This document shows, in pieces, positions 1 to 13,155 of a DNA stretch of 64,000 nucleotides (positions within the stretch are counted from its first letter, which is position 1; every line of letters starts with the position of its first letter). The translations under genes and the position numbers were made by a program. The notes beneath the pieces are model-generated. The model was given only the letters and a program-made list of their open reading frames with translations, was not told the DNA's origin and searched no databases. The DNA is from Somniosus microcephalus (taxonomy: Eukaryota): NCBI GenBank assembly GCA_052327205.1, contig CM126232.1, forward strand, positions 27,094,001-27,158,000, in the 5' to 3' direction.

Positions 1-164
1 TTAAAAAACAGTAGCCCAAGGGTTCCTACTTCTGATAACTATCCAGTGATTCCTTGTGGGGAGATGCTGGTCCAGAACATGTTCGCACTCCAACTGTTGG
101 TGCTAGTCAGTCAAAAACCAAATGACATCACCACAGCGACTGCAGCAGTTCTCAGGGCAACAAT

Positions 165-957
165 GAACTGGTCAGTTGGGCAGAAAAGTGCCAAATGGAA
201 TTCAATCCAGAAAAGTCTGCGGTAATGCATTTGGGGAGGGGCAACAAGGCAAAGGAATACACAATTAATGGGAGAATACGGAGAAGCGTGGAGAAACAGA
301 GGGACCTTGGAGTGTATGTCCACAGTTCCTTAAAAGTAGCAGGACATGTCGATAAAGTTATTAAAAAGGCATACGGAATGCTTTCCTTTATTAGCCAAGG
401 CATAGAATATAAAAGCAGGGAAGTTATGCTAGAACTGTATACAACACTGATTAGGCCACAGCTTGAGTACTGCGAGCAGTTCTGGTCACCACATTACAGG
501 AAGGATGTGATTGCACTGGAGAGGGTGCAGAGGAGATTTACGAGGATGTTGCCAGGACTAGAAAATTTTAGCTATGAGGAAAGATTAGGTGGGCTGGGGT
601 TGTTTTCCTTGGAACAGAGGAGGCTGAGGAGAGACTTGATTGAGGTGTATAAAATTATGAGGGGCCTAGATAGAATGGACAGGAAGGACCTATTTCCCTT
701 AGAGTGGTCAATAACCAGGGGGCATAGATTTAAAGTAATGGGTAGAAGGATTAGAGGGGAGATGAGGAAAAAAAGTCACCCAGAGGCAGAAACACTCATC
801 GCATTTAAAAAGTACTCGGATATGCACTTGTAGTGCTGTAACCTACAGGGCTACGGACCAAGAGCTGGAAAGTGGGATTAGGCTGGGTAGCTCTTTTCCG
901 ACCGGCACGGACATGATGGGCCGCCTTCTGTGTCGTAATTTTTCTATGATTCTATGA
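165..957 (+). mobile_element. CR1-clade (HER1-like) LINE, 5'-truncated; ORF2 C-terminal region plus 3' UTR
   Basis: ORF 195-833 has CR1 ORF2 C-terminal motifs (RDLGVYVH, LYTTLIRPQLEYCEQFWSP, LERVQRRFTRM, LFSLEQRRLRRDLIEVYKIM, TRGH) and ends in a (TTCTATGA)2 tail typical of CR1 3' ends. Confidence 0.93.
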
Positions 958-1052
958 ATGCTCACCCTCAGAATTAAAATAACCTTGTGCTCAGCGCCGA
1001 GGCACACACTGGAAGAGTGAACACTTGGGCAAGGTACACAGAGTATGGAGAG

Positions 1053-1225
1053 AACACAAGAAATAGGAGCAGGAGTCGGCCATTCAGCCCTTCGAGCCTG
1101 CTCCGTCATTCAATAAGATCATGGCTGATCTTCTACCTCAACTCCACCCGCTATCCACATCTCCTTGGTCCCCTTAGTATCCAAAAATCTATCGATCTCG
1201 GTCTTTAATATACACAACGACGGAC
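1053..1225 (-). mobile_element. CR1 LINE 3' end fragment (second subfamily)
   Basis: aggagcaggagtcggccattcagcccttcgagcctgctcc matches the reverse complement of the CR1 tail at 11720-11789. Confidence 0.8.
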
Positions 1226-2394
1226 TGATACCCCGCAACAATCTTCAGTTAGTCACCGAATTTCTTTCCCTCCAACCAGGAACACGTCGTTCCTAAATGG
1301 AATGCTCGAGATGACAAATTTATCATGTGGGACTTGGTCGGTGCCAACCTGTGCCTTGCCACTCCCCGGTGTGAATCTCACAAATGCAACTATAAAACTT
1401 ACCCTGTGTCGCTTAACTGCTGCAGTGTTCAGCACAATGCCACTCTTCCACTCCGTAAGGCAGGCTCCCTCCCTATCCCTGCAAGCTGGCCCTAGCCATC
1501 GGACAATGGCTGCTGCTGGGGCACAGGGGCTCCAGCCTTGCTGCGACCATCGCAAGCCGAGCTCTCCGCATGCCAGCCGTGCAGTTCTCAGGTGAGCTGG
1601 CTTGTACAGACCTGCCCTTGACATGTTGTATTTCCAGTGCTCCAGTCAAGGTGGGAGGGTAGCATATCTGGATTATCAGCAGTGCAGACATCTCACAAAA
1701 CCACCTTCTCTGGAAGCAGTTCCACAGCATCAATCAAGTAGGTTTCGACAGAGCAGAACTAACTGCATTTTTACTGTATTTAGCAATCTCGACCATCTAC
1801 TGCCATTGACTCAAGTTACTTTGAAGCCTGAAAACTATAACCATGAGAAAGTGCAAGTAGTAGCAAAGTTCAAATATTTTTGTGAACTACAGATCATATT
1901 TAAACACCGAGCCCACCCTTGAACAAATTTTTCAGAGTCTTTTTCGGGCGCTATGCACGTTCCGATGTAAAGTGCAATGACATTATCCCCAGCCCCAAAA
2001 GTTCTTTACAAAACAAGCTTCAAAGAAATCATGGGGAAAAGACTACCTGACCGTCGGTCCCAAACATACTGAATAAATTCCTGTACAACCATGAGGTGAC
2101 TAAAGATCAGAGCAAGGGCCAGTTAACCCCTCCCACCACCCCCCTGTAACCTGTTGAACCCCTACTTTGAAGTGGCAGGTAGTTCTTTCCCCTACTGCCT
2201 CCAAGTCAATAATCCTCAATCCCAGTTCTCAACAGATCCAATTCCCTTTCAAAAGGGTCAGCTTACCCCAAATCAACCACCTTCTCTGGAAGCCTCCTCC
2301 ACAGCTGCACTATTTTACAGGGAAATCATGCTTGAAAGGCTTGTGAATTTGGTACTCCATGTTCACTGCCCCAAGTTGAATTTTTTTTGCTTAA

Positions 2395-2785
2395 ACCTCA
2401 TCTACCCATCCACCACCTTAAACATTCACTCCCACCACCACCGGCGCACCGTGGCTGCAGTGTGTACCATCTACAAGATGCACTGCAGCAACTCGCCAAG
2501 GCTTCTTCGGCAGCACCTCCCAAGCCCACGACCTCCACCACTTTAGAAGGACAAGAGCAGCAGGCGCATGTGAACACCGCCACCTCCAAGTTACACCCCA
2601 TCCTGACTTGGAAATAGATCGCCGTTCCTTCATCACCGCTGGGTCAAAAATCCTGGAACTCCTCAACACAGCACCATAGGAGTACCTTCACCACGCTGCA
2701 GCAGTTCAAGGCAGCAGCTCACCACCACCTTCTCAAAAGGCAATTAAGGGTGGGCAGTAAATGCTGATGACCACATCCCATGAAC
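2395..2785 (+). mobile_element. Non-LTR retrotransposon 3' fragment (CR1-group, distinct family)
   Basis: Translates to NIHSHHHRRTVAAVCTIYKMHCSNSPRLLRQHLP, resembling the post-RT L.HRR.VA....YK motif of CR1-group LINEs; a WNSL-like motif follows (tggaactcct). Confidence 0.65.
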
Positions 2786-3404
2786 AAATCTGTATCTTTC
2801 ATTTTCATGTCACCCCTCACTCAGGTCTATTCAGTTAATACAAGTTGTCAAGCGAGTCTTTTCATAAATGTAGCCGCCCAAGGCCGAGAATTGTTCTGGA
2901 TCACACTTCCAATCTCTTGCTAATGCAGATATAGTTAGCAGGTCCAAAACTCCATGCCATACTTTAGAAGTAGCCACAACATTTGACTCATCAGCTTCAT
3001 GTGTTCAGACTTGCAATTCAATGGATTACGAATGCACCCCAGTAGCTTAACTGATAATCGAATGCCTGGCAGTGAACCATCTGGCGAGTGTGAAGCACAC
3101 TAGCTCCTCGATAATGAGGAGGTCAATGAGGGCTGGGGCGTGGTGCCTGATGGAAGTTCCAAATTGGTGGGTTCATGTCAAGACTCCAGATCTCCAGTTT
3201 CTGCCACCAAAAAAGGTGCCAAGCAGAGAGGAAGACCAGCTGCGCATCGAGACACACTTGGGAACACCTCAAATGACCAGCTAGGTTCGAGCACTCTGGC
3301 AGCCCAATCAGTACTTTATTTAAAATATAAATAGTATAGAGCGCTGGGATAAACAAAAAGGCAAGGGACACTGCCGCAGTGAGAGTCTCTCAGTCCAGGT
3401 CATT

Positions 3405-3620
3405 GCTTTTTCACTACACGCAAAGGGTGGTAGAAGTTTGGAACTCTTCCATAAACAGATGATGCTGGGTCATTTCTGAGTGAGATTTTAGTTAACTATA
3501 GGTATTAAGGGGTATGGGGCAAAGGCGGGTATATGGAGTTAGGTCACAGATTAGACATGATCTCATTGAATGGCAGAACAGGCCAGAGAGGCTAAATAAC
3601 CTCCTCCTGTTCCCATGTTC
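3405..3620 (+). mobile_element. Degraded CR1 LINE 3' fragment
   Basis: F.TQRVV.VWNS-type end of ORF2 and a 3' UTR similar to 11530-11789. Confidence 0.75.
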
Positions 3621-4011
3621 CTTCAAAAGACAGGTCTCCAGAAGGTGATGTATCATCTCTAACTAGCATGAAAATAACACTTATTAACTAGCTAATCCAG
3701 ATGGGAGCAAATACTGCTCAGGTGTGCCAGGCTTTGGGGTGGAGGGAGGGGGGGGGAGGGCAGAAGGGAGCGATGGGCAAGAGGGTTCTTCTTCCTAATT
3801 GTCATCAATCAACCCCTTCCTGGAAAGCACGTGTGGCTATCCAGCGCAGCCGAAAATGCCCCCTCGGTCAAATAAGACCACAAACACCAGGAATGGCCAC
3901 TGGGGTGAGATGCTGAGGCAGTGATCATCTGTGGAATCTCAACATGGCCGTAACTAAATGGGTTGGAGACGGGAACACGTCATCACAAATCTCTTGACAA
4001 CACCCTGCAAG

Positions 4012-4186
4012 CAATGCTCCCGCCGAAGGGCCTGTGCGCGGCCACACAGTAATCTGAACGGTTCCGCGCGGGCCGCTCACCGGCTTTTACATTGCAAATA
4101 CTGCCCCCGCACAGAAATTTAAATAGGGACCGCACATTAAGAGAAACAGGTTGCGCAGAACAAAGTGCAGCTTACAGGGAACATTG
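4012..4186. mobile_element. hAT-like MITE (TIR ~CAATGTTCCCTCTAAG)
   Basis: Starts CAATGCTCCC, ends GGGAACATTG; 8-bp flanks CCTGCAAG (4004-4011) and CCTGCAAA (4187-4194) match 7/8. Confidence 0.8.
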
Positions 4187-4409
4187 CCTGCAAAGACCTT
4201 TGTTTGGACAAGTGATGGAGAAACAAAAAAGGGAGAGGGGGCAAGTTTGAAACCATTTGTCACTCATAATACTGAAACAAACCACACACACATCAGTTTT
4301 TCCATTAACATTGTTGCAAGACCTGTACAAGGGTGGATAGGAAACCGAGACAAACATACACGTTATGGCAATGTGTGTTTTTGGAAAGTTCCAACAGAAC
4401 AGCCGGCTA

Positions 4410-4784
<375 letters not shown>

Positions 4785-5248
4785 TCAAAGCAACAACTGG
4801 GCTGGCAATCACAAACCACAAATACACTTTCACATGACATGCACTTTGAAAGGGTAATGAAAGGACCAGCTCTTAGTTGCTCGATCTGCCATCCCATCGG
4901 TGCAAAAACCTGAGAACATGGTTAATACTTGCTGCATGACTGGTATATTTCGTCACCTTTCTCTTTCCACCATCACGACTCATTTAACAGGATTCTGCAC
5001 GGACATGATAGCCGCAGCCATTGGAGAATAACTTCAGCCATACATTTTATTGTATTACAGTCATAAAACTGAGTCACCAGCACTCCCTCTGCAGTGGCAT
5101 TTAAAGATTGAATTGGTCGAGAAAACCATGGTTTCGACTATATAAAAGTTGCCAGAGAGCTGAAGCCGTGCCAATTTTAAGCTGGCTGTGTGTCTGCATC
5201 AACTCAGATTGTTGATATAAACCAAAGCTAGATTTCATCTCTAACATC

Positions 5249-5360
5249 TTCCAGTTCTGATGAAAAGTCATGAGACGTGAAACGTTAACGTGGTTTCTCC
5301 CTCACACCGGAGATGCTGCCTGACCGGCTGAGTGTTGCCAGCAATTTCTGTTCTATTTCA
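5249..5360 (+). mobile_element. Penelope-like element terminal fragment with hammerhead-like core
   Basis: CTGATGA-AAAGTC-ATGA-GAC-GT-GAAACGTT followed by gatgctgcctgacc.gctgag; same family as 12961-13150. Confidence 0.65.
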
Positions 5361-5974
5361 CAAAAGCTTTACTCAGTTGCTTCCTGCAAGGTTGCCCAAA
5401 TTTCCCCGGCCAACCCTCACAAGGGGAAACATACCAATACGTTGCCAACAGTACAGGCTTTCAGAGGGGAATTATCAGGCTTAGTCTTGGATTGCCACTC
5501 AAGACAAACTGCCCCTTCAGCAGAGCAACCCATTCATTAGCAACGAGGCATCGAATCCCAACAACCGCCAGAATTCAGGGCTCCGTCCCATCGCTCAAAT
5601 TCAATGAACCCCCAAAGCCAAACGAGCTGCCTCAGCCTCCACATCAACTAGTGCAAGTAGCCTTGACGCGACTATACGTCCCTCCTGCAAGCACAATACA
5701 GGCAGGGTGCGGAGCAATTCCATAAAGCTACGCATGGGAATATACATCTAGAACAATCGTAAAATGAGCGAATGAACAGTGGCTTCATAAAAATGTACCA
5801 TCTAGAGAATCTAATTTAAACTAAGCTTCATAGGCAGCTACATGAAGCACACGGGATATCAGTCTCATTCTTCACCTTACAGACAGACACCCAAGTCATT
5901 TGTACAACAATGAAGTGTCACAGGACTGTATTGTGGACCAACTTGATTACAGAATCTTGGTTGACACTCCAGCT

Positions 5975-6215
5975 CAGACTGTCGGAGGTACCGTCTTTGA
6001 GGAGACTTTAAACGGAGCGTCTGCCCTCAGGTGGACATAAAAGATCCCACGGCACTATTTCGAAGAGGAGTTTTCCCCAGTGTGCTGGCCAATGCCCGTC
6101 AACTAATAACAAAAAATAAAAAATTGATTCTGGCCATTCTCTTACTGCGGTTTGTGGGACTTGGTGTGCAAATTGGCTGCCACATTACAACAGTGACTAT
6201 ACTACAAGTACTTCA
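5975..6215 (+). mobile_element. DeuSINE (SacSINE1-like) fragment
   Basis: Deu-domain-like ctgtcggaggt.ccgtcttt...ctcaggtggacataaaagatcccacggcactatttcgaagag. Confidence 0.8.
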
Positions 6216-7087
6216 TTCTTCTGTTTTCCTTTCTAATCAAGTCTTCCTTTTCATGCAATGCTGCATTCCATTGTTAATTGCAAAATGCTTGTACCCTTAA
6301 CATGGAAAGCACGTGAAATGGTACTAAGGTGCGGCATCAGCACACATTTACAGAAGCAGATAAATTTATCAGTGGGAGAGCCTGTGCGCACACGTTCTAT
6401 TTTTTTTTAAACTAATTAGCTTTATCAGCTTCATCCATCATAGAAAAGGATTACCCTGTCCTGATTGGGCCACTGGAGACATGGAGATAGATATACAGTG
6501 GATGCCTAATTTGAGCAAAATGGAAAGTGGGGAGAAATATTCACCGGACAGGTATGTAAAGCACAAAATGTGCCAGGTGAAAAGGAATTCAAACTGGCTG
6601 CAGTTTTGAAAACAACACCTTGGATACCAAGAATGTGCACATCCCAGAGCTGAGAAATTGAAGTAATGAAATCGATAGACAGGCAGTAAAAATAAGTCTC
6701 GCTTCCCAATCTCCTGTGCTGGCGGGGGGAGTTGGCAAGCGGAGGCCAAGCATTCCCACACGGGGCGTGGAGAAGACGGGAGCAGTGTTGAAAACACAGG
6801 TCAGAATGGACTAGCGACGTAGCACCTCGTGCCTGGCTCATACCCCCTCCACCCACCTCGCTCCAGACAACACACAACTGTGCCAGGAGACACTCAAACA
6901 AACTGCGGACAGGGGGGAAAAAAAGGGAACAAAACTTGCTTCAATGGCCAAAAAAAGGGAATAAAAATATCCAAGTTAAATTGAAGTTTGATGGAACTTT
7001 TTGCACAAGCTAAAAATTAAATTATAAGCAGCCTAGCAATATACAGATAGAAATTGAATAGGAAGAGAGTTGGGAAGGAAAAACTTA

Positions 7088-7419
7088 CAGGAAACTTTGG
7101 TTTATCCAGAGGTTAACTGTCCGGAATGCTCGCGCCACCGGCAAAAATCAGGAGCCGTTTCGTTAGGTTCTTTTTCTTTTTGTTGCTTTTTTTTTTCTTC
7201 CAACCAGTCAGGCTCTGCAAGGTCTCGCTGAAGCTGTTGCTAAGCTAGAGACGCTTGCAAGGTATGGCCGGCTGTTTAGAAGCTGCAAGCAACAGGGTTT
7301 GTTGCCAGATACGGAGCTCAAAATCTCTATGTTTCAACATTAGCACTGGTTTGTCCGACAGTTTTGATGGGACGGCAACAGCTCGGTCCAGTCGGTGCCG
7401 GATAGCACAAAGTTTCCTG
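7088..7419. mobile_element. Tc1/mariner(pogo)-type MITE, copy 1
   Basis: TA|CAGGAAACTTTG ... CAAAGTTTCCTG|TA; ~330 bp, non-coding; homologous to five other copies in the window. Confidence 0.9.
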
Positions 7420-8289
7420 TATTTTGCTAGGTTTCTGTAGGACTACTTATAAATGCAAAACAAAAATAATGCCAGGTGGCTTAAAAAAACCAAGATTTAT
7501 TTACGATAAACCCACCTCAATTAACACATGACCCGCCCCCTCCCTTAGTGCATCGACTCCTGGTTGGAATACAGTTCCAATGTGTCTGGCTATTTGACTA
7601 CAACAGGCATCATGTCCAAGCCGGATCAATTTTGCATCAGACCTCTGCACACATGGATCACCAGACAGCAATCAGCGGTGAGAACCTGGGCCGAATGTTC
7701 CTGATGTTTGGGGGGTTGGGAAAACATCGGAGAATAGTTGCAATACAGGCTCCAGTTCAGATCAGCTCATTCAGGACAGGGATCGGGAGGCCAGGGCCTC
7801 ACTGGGCCACGGGAGGTGGGCCTCGCTGCTTTAAACCAGCTGAGCCGTCAGGGCAGTCCCCGTGTGTTCATCTTAATTCGTATGATTCAAACGTTTAAAG
7901 CCTCCATTGCAGCAGCAGAAAATGCACAGGTCAAATCAGCTGAGAGATACCACCTTAAATAAGAACCTCCAACAGAACTGCATTTTCTGCTGGATTTCCA
8001 GCATTCCATTTTTTTCTTTTTTAATCTCGGTGGCAGCGGCCTCGACAGTGAAACCGTCAGCACACCGGTAAACTTAACAGAGCTCAGAACAGACTAGATG
8101 TGGACGAGTCAGTTTCACAGGTGTCCCAGTGAGAGCGAGTGTGTGACTGGTCTGATCTCACGGACCAGTGGACACAGTCCAATATTCAAAACACCCTTGG
8201 CAGCTTTGATTACGTATGCAGACCAAGTTGAACTGTAGATCAGCTCCTTTTGCCAGGTGCCTGCTGAATCTGTAATCGGCCATTTCAAG

Positions 8290-9255
8290 CTTGGCAACTG
8301 GGCTTTTCTAAAAGGTTTCTTTAAAAAAAAAACCTTGTAAGTTAAGCTTTTCCAAGTTTTGACTTGCAGGCCATGGACTGAAAAAAGTAGAGTAGTACAG
8401 ACTAAAGGTGACGCAGGCATGGGCGAGGGTTTCAGCAGCAGGTAGGCAGAGGCAGGAGGATATTAGAGGTGGCAGTACAGAGGTCTTTGGGATAGAAAGG
8501 ATATAGGATTGGAAGCTCAGCTCAGGATCGAATGGGACAGGCACGGACTCAGATTGGATAGGAAAAAGAGTGGAACCGAGCGAGGGCAGTTCCACTGAGC
8601 TGGACAACAGAGGAGAGGTACCAGGCTGTGGAGAAGCAGAGGAGGGATAATCCATCACAGGGATAGCCAGAGGATGCAGTTTGTGACTTTGATTAGGGCC
8701 ATTTCACTGCTGTGGCAAGGGCAGCAACATGTTTGGATGGATTCAAACATGGGCATGTATTGGAGAGGTCACAACACAAGCATTTGAGAGGAAAGGAAGG
8801 TTGGAGATGGGGCAGTAGTCTGCAAGAACAGAAAGGTCGAAGGTGGGTTTTACTGAGAAGGGACGGTTGGTAGCAGTTTTGGAAAAAGGGGGCAATAGTG
8901 CCTGGAGAAGGAGCCATTTACAAGCTAGCTAGCATGAGGGCCTGGAAGGAAAGTTGAGGGGGTCAGCAGTTCAGTGGGAATGAGGTCCATCACCTGAGGG
9001 GCATAAGTGGAGCTGGGAGAGAAACAAGAGGAAGACATGGGTTCAGTGCTAGGGAGGGGGAAGCAACAGACAGCGGAGCCGATGGTCTCAATCAGACAAA
9101 AGTCCGTAAGCTCCTCATTTGTTGAAAGAGAGAGTGGAGGGGACAGGCAAGAGGGGTTTAAAGGAAACGGTTGGTAGTAGAGAAAAGCTGGGAGTTATCT
9201 TTGCTCTCCAGCACGATCCTGGAGTAGCAGCCAGTTTCAACAGAGGACAGTGAGG
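8290..9255 (-). mobile_element. Old L2-clade LINE ORF2 fragment
   Basis: Reverse translation gives FDPELSFQSYILSIPKT...AAETLAHACVT.SLYYS, homologous to the L2 copy at 18012-18830; frameshifted. Confidence 0.7.
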
Positions 9256-10231
9256 CCAGATAGTGCTTGAAGTGGGGACCAGCCAGATCCGGCGATGGAT
9301 GTCTAAAAAAATACAAATGTTTAGCCGGGGGAGGGAAATCAGCAGTACAGGAAATCAGGAACAAGATGTTTGGTTTCACTTATGTGAAACCAATTGCATG
9401 TTCGATATATGGAGCGCTCCAAGTGTTGCCAGATTAACACCTAAAGGAGGCAGAAAGCCCAAACTGTATTTTAGGGTTTCATATTACTGGCAGCAGATTA
9501 AGGCCAGAAATGTTTCAGCTTCCCTCCCACCGAAATAACTACCAGTGACCAAAGGGACACTGTTACACTTATAGGTGTATCAACGACTGTAGGCATGGGG
9601 CGTTTGGGGGGGGGGGGGGGGGGTCTTCCTCTGGTGGCTGCACCCCATAGTGTAAACAAGCCCAGGGTCTAGGGAATAATGGCATGGCGGACCATCAGAC
9701 CTAGGTCTATGGTATTGCAGGAAAGACGAGCGAGCCAGTTTCAAACTGCATAAACGCAGGGAGCTGGCCTTGCATGCACACAGTGGGACTAGAAAGATCA
9801 GCATTCCCAGTCGGAATATAAAAGCGAGGCTGGCAAAGTGAATGCTGCTCTCCAAAAAACAGAGTCGTCTGTATATTTATGCAAGCCTCCGAGAAATGTG
9901 TTGTCACCCGAGAAGAACTTGGCCCTGCGGGGTGTCCTACATGAAGTAGTGAGAACCAAGCAGCTTTTAACTTTGGACTTTGTAAAAGGTGGGTGGGCAG
10001 CATAAAGCTCCCCATGGTTTGGCACAGACTGGCACTCGATGAGCCTCGATCCAAAAAGACAAGGATGCTGCTGTTGCAAGTGGGAAATCTCACACTGGTA
10101 CAGCAAATGCTCTTTTGCGAGGTTGGAATTAGGCCACGTTATTGGTGCAATGCAGAGGGAGTTTAATGTGGACACAAACTAGGCCTAGTGCTTTACGCCA
10201 ATACTGGGAACATCTTTCCGTGCGTCAATCT

Positions 10232-10587
10232 CCTAGAGCAGAGGTGGTTAAGGGGAGATTTAATAGAGGCGTGCAAGATCATGATGTGCTTTGATAGAGT
10301 ACATAGGGAGGATAGTAACTTTCAAAAGGGAACGGTGTGTGTATATTTAAATATTAACCAGGGGACACAAATTTAAGGTAATTGACAAAAGAACCGGAGG
10401 AGAGATGTTTTTACGCAGCCAGCTGTTATGATCTGCCGGAGTGTGAGCGGTGGAAGCAGATTCAACAATAACTTTCAAAAGGGAATTGATATAGGGAGAG
10501 GTGAGTGGGACTAATTGGAGAGCTCTTTCAAAGCCGGCACAGGCACAATGGGCCGAATGGCCTCCTCCTGTGCTGTATGATTCCATG
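10232..10587 (+). mobile_element. CR1 LINE 3' fragment
   Basis: LEQRWLRGDLIEACKIM; tail gggccgaatggcctcctcctgtgctgtatgattc. Confidence 0.8.
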
Positions 10588-11034
10588 AAACACCAAAGGT
10601 TGCAGCAAAGAAAAACAGGCCATTTGGCCCAGCATGTCTACACCGAGGTTTTATCTCCATTCCCTTTTATGTTCCTCTTTTTCAAGCAATTAATGCTCTT
10701 CTAAAAGAAATTATAGACACTGCTTCAATAGTTATGGCTCCACATTCTAAACATCCTCTGGGTAAAACCTTCCTTATAATTATTGATCTCATCAACTTGT
10801 AAAAGAACACCACTATTTACCCCATATGGCCCATAAATGTGGAACATGAATGAAGGGTGCTGTGTTGTGCTTTTTAAATATTGGATGCTTTCCCATTAGA
10901 ACTGTGCATTTAGTTGCACAAGATTAATAAATTAGACATTGCCTTTAACCATAGCCCTGGGTACATATTTTAATGCAAGATGATAGGCATCACCCTAACC
11001 AGATGCAAGAACTATTGCATATAATTGTAAGTTT

Positions 11035-11260
11035 GACTCGGTTGGGAAAATTCTTGCAACGGTGAGAAAGTTGTGGGATCAAATCCCACTCCAAGACCCG
11101 AGCACAATCTAGGCAGACACTTCAGTGCTGTGGTGAGAGAATGCTGCATTGTCAGACATGCCCTCTATTATTAAGCCAATATTGTTTGTCTATTCAGGGA
11201 GAACCCGAAAATCCCATGGCACTTGAGAAGCAGGGAGTTCTCGCAATGCCCTACACTTCA
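11035..11260 (+). mobile_element. Degraded DeuSINE
   Basis: gttgtgggatcaaatcccactcca...tgctgcattgtcaga...aatcccatggcact, as in other DeuSINE copies. Confidence 0.65.
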
Positions 11261-11319
11261 GTAGACATTCATTGGCTATGACGCACTGTGGGATGCAAAA
11301 GGTGCAATATAAAATGTAC

Positions 11320-11789
11320 GCACCAGGCTGATACCTGGGGTGGCAGGAATGATGTATGGAGAGAGAGATTAGGCTTATACTCACTGGAGTTTAGAAGAAT
11401 GAGAGGGGATCTCATTGAAACTTATAAAATTCTAACAGGACTAGACGCAGGAAGGATGTTCCCGATGGCGGGGGAGTCCAGAACCAGGGGTCACAGTCTA
11501 AGGATAAGGGGTAAGCCATTTAGGACAGAGATGAGGAAGAATTTCTTCACCCAGAGAGTGGTGAACCTGTGGAATTCTCTACCACAGAAGGCAGTGGAGG
11601 TCAATTCATTAAATATATTCAAGAAGGAGTTAGATATATTTCGAGGCTAAAGGGATCAAGGGATATGGGGAGAAGGCAGGGACAGGGTACTGAATTTGGA
11701 TGATCAGCCATGATCTCATTGAATGGCGGAGCAGGCTCGAGGGGCCAAATGGCCTCCTCCTGCTCCTATCTTCTATGTTTCTATGTTTC
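11320..11789 (+). mobile_element. CR1 LINE 3' fragment
   Basis: ORF LGLYSLEFRRMRGDLIETYKIL...TRGHSLRIRGKPFRTEMRKNFFTQRVVNLWNSLP; ttctatgtttctatg tail. Confidence 0.92.
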
Positions 11790-11936
11790 ATCTTGGCCAG
11801 TATACAAATAATTTTCCACTGACTTGCAAATTATATTTTATGAATATTTTTTTTGATGCAAAAAATATTAATGGGAGCCCAAAGTTGATCTAGTAAGAGT
11901 TAGTCTGACAAAAGGTCATCAACTTGAAACATTAAC

Positions 11937-12307
11937 CTGGATATTTACTGGGGCAGTGTGTCAGACCGGAGACCGGGAAGGTCTGGGTTTCCTTGCATGC
12001 TGCGGAGTTTCAACTCCAGGCCCAGACAGATGCCCCGCCCGCAAGTCAACCTGACTGACAGACTTGGCTTCCGGTCGGGCCGCCAACAGTAAAACCTGCA
12101 AAGCAGGTTAAAATCAGAGGTTTCCGGCCTCGTTAACATTTAAAATGCCAACCCGCCTCCTGGGAGCAGGTTGGCCGCCCCCTTGTTTTGCCTCACTAAA
12201 ACCCGGAAGTCGGCGGGTTGGAGCCGGCTTCCTGACGCGCTTGGAACTTTTTCCCATTTAAACCCCCCCCCCCAAAAATCCCACATGCTCACCCAGGTTA
12301 AAATTCC
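11937..12307. mobile_element. GC-rich non-autonomous insertion interrupting a Penelope-like fragment (halves 11903-11936 and 12308-12365)
   Basis: Flanked by direct repeat CATTAAC (11930-11936 and 12308-12314); removing it restores ...gaaacattaactctctccacagatgctgc as in 13096-13130. Confidence 0.7.
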
Positions 12308-12617
12308 CATTAACTCTCTCCACAGATGCTGCTGGAGCTGAATATTTCTAGCGCTTCTCTCTATTTGGGAGTGCGTGCTTGTTCAGCCAACATACTGAGC
12401 AGGCTAAACCAAAAAGAAACACTCTCATTGAAAAAGTAAAAACTTTGCTAAATGACTGCCTAAATTTAAAAAAATACAAGAACATAAAGACCCTAAAATA
12501 ATTCCATTACAGCACCTGTCAAGCTAATAAAAAAAAATAATTCAGTCTCGGGCATTCTCCAAGAGCAAAAATGCACCAGCAAAAATGTTCAAGTAAAAAT
12601 AAAATGAAGCCACCCTA

Positions 12618-12908
<291 letters not shown>

Positions 12909-12960
12909 TTACAAAAGTCCCCACTATAAACCGTAATGAACACAGGCAATTAACCCGATA

Positions 12961-13150
12961 GCAAAATACTGCGGATAATGGAAATCTGAAACAGAAAATG
13001 CTGGAAATACTCAGCAGGCCAGGCAGCATCTGTGGAGAGAGAAACAGAGTTAACGTTTCAGGTCTGGGACCCTTCTGACAAAGGGTCCCAGACCTGAAAC
13101 ATTAACTGTTTCTCTCTCCACGGATGCTGCCTGGCCTGCTGGGCATTTCC
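12961..13150. mobile_element. Inverted pair of Penelope-like terminal fragments forming a long hairpin
   Basis: Arms 13003-13074 and 13081-13150 are near-perfect reverse complements around a 6-nt loop CTGACA. Confidence 0.8.
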
Positions 13151-13155
13151 TGTCA

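Noticed and set aside
195-833. 212-aa ORF as a host gene
   Set aside because: It is a 5'-truncated CR1 ORF2 C-terminus.
1253-1624. Minus-strand ORF with a perfect donor (AGG|GTAAGT near 1402) as the next ZSWIM exon
   Set aside because: No frame resembles the expected next exon (RTVF.RA....L.W.D..LQ) and there is no polypyrimidine acceptor; likely a chance or TE-derived donor.
1700-2305. Exact 18-bp repeat accaccttctctggaagc at ~1700 and ~2276
   Set aside because: Both look like decayed reverse-strand CR1 WNSLP-region remnants rather than a dedicated repeat system.
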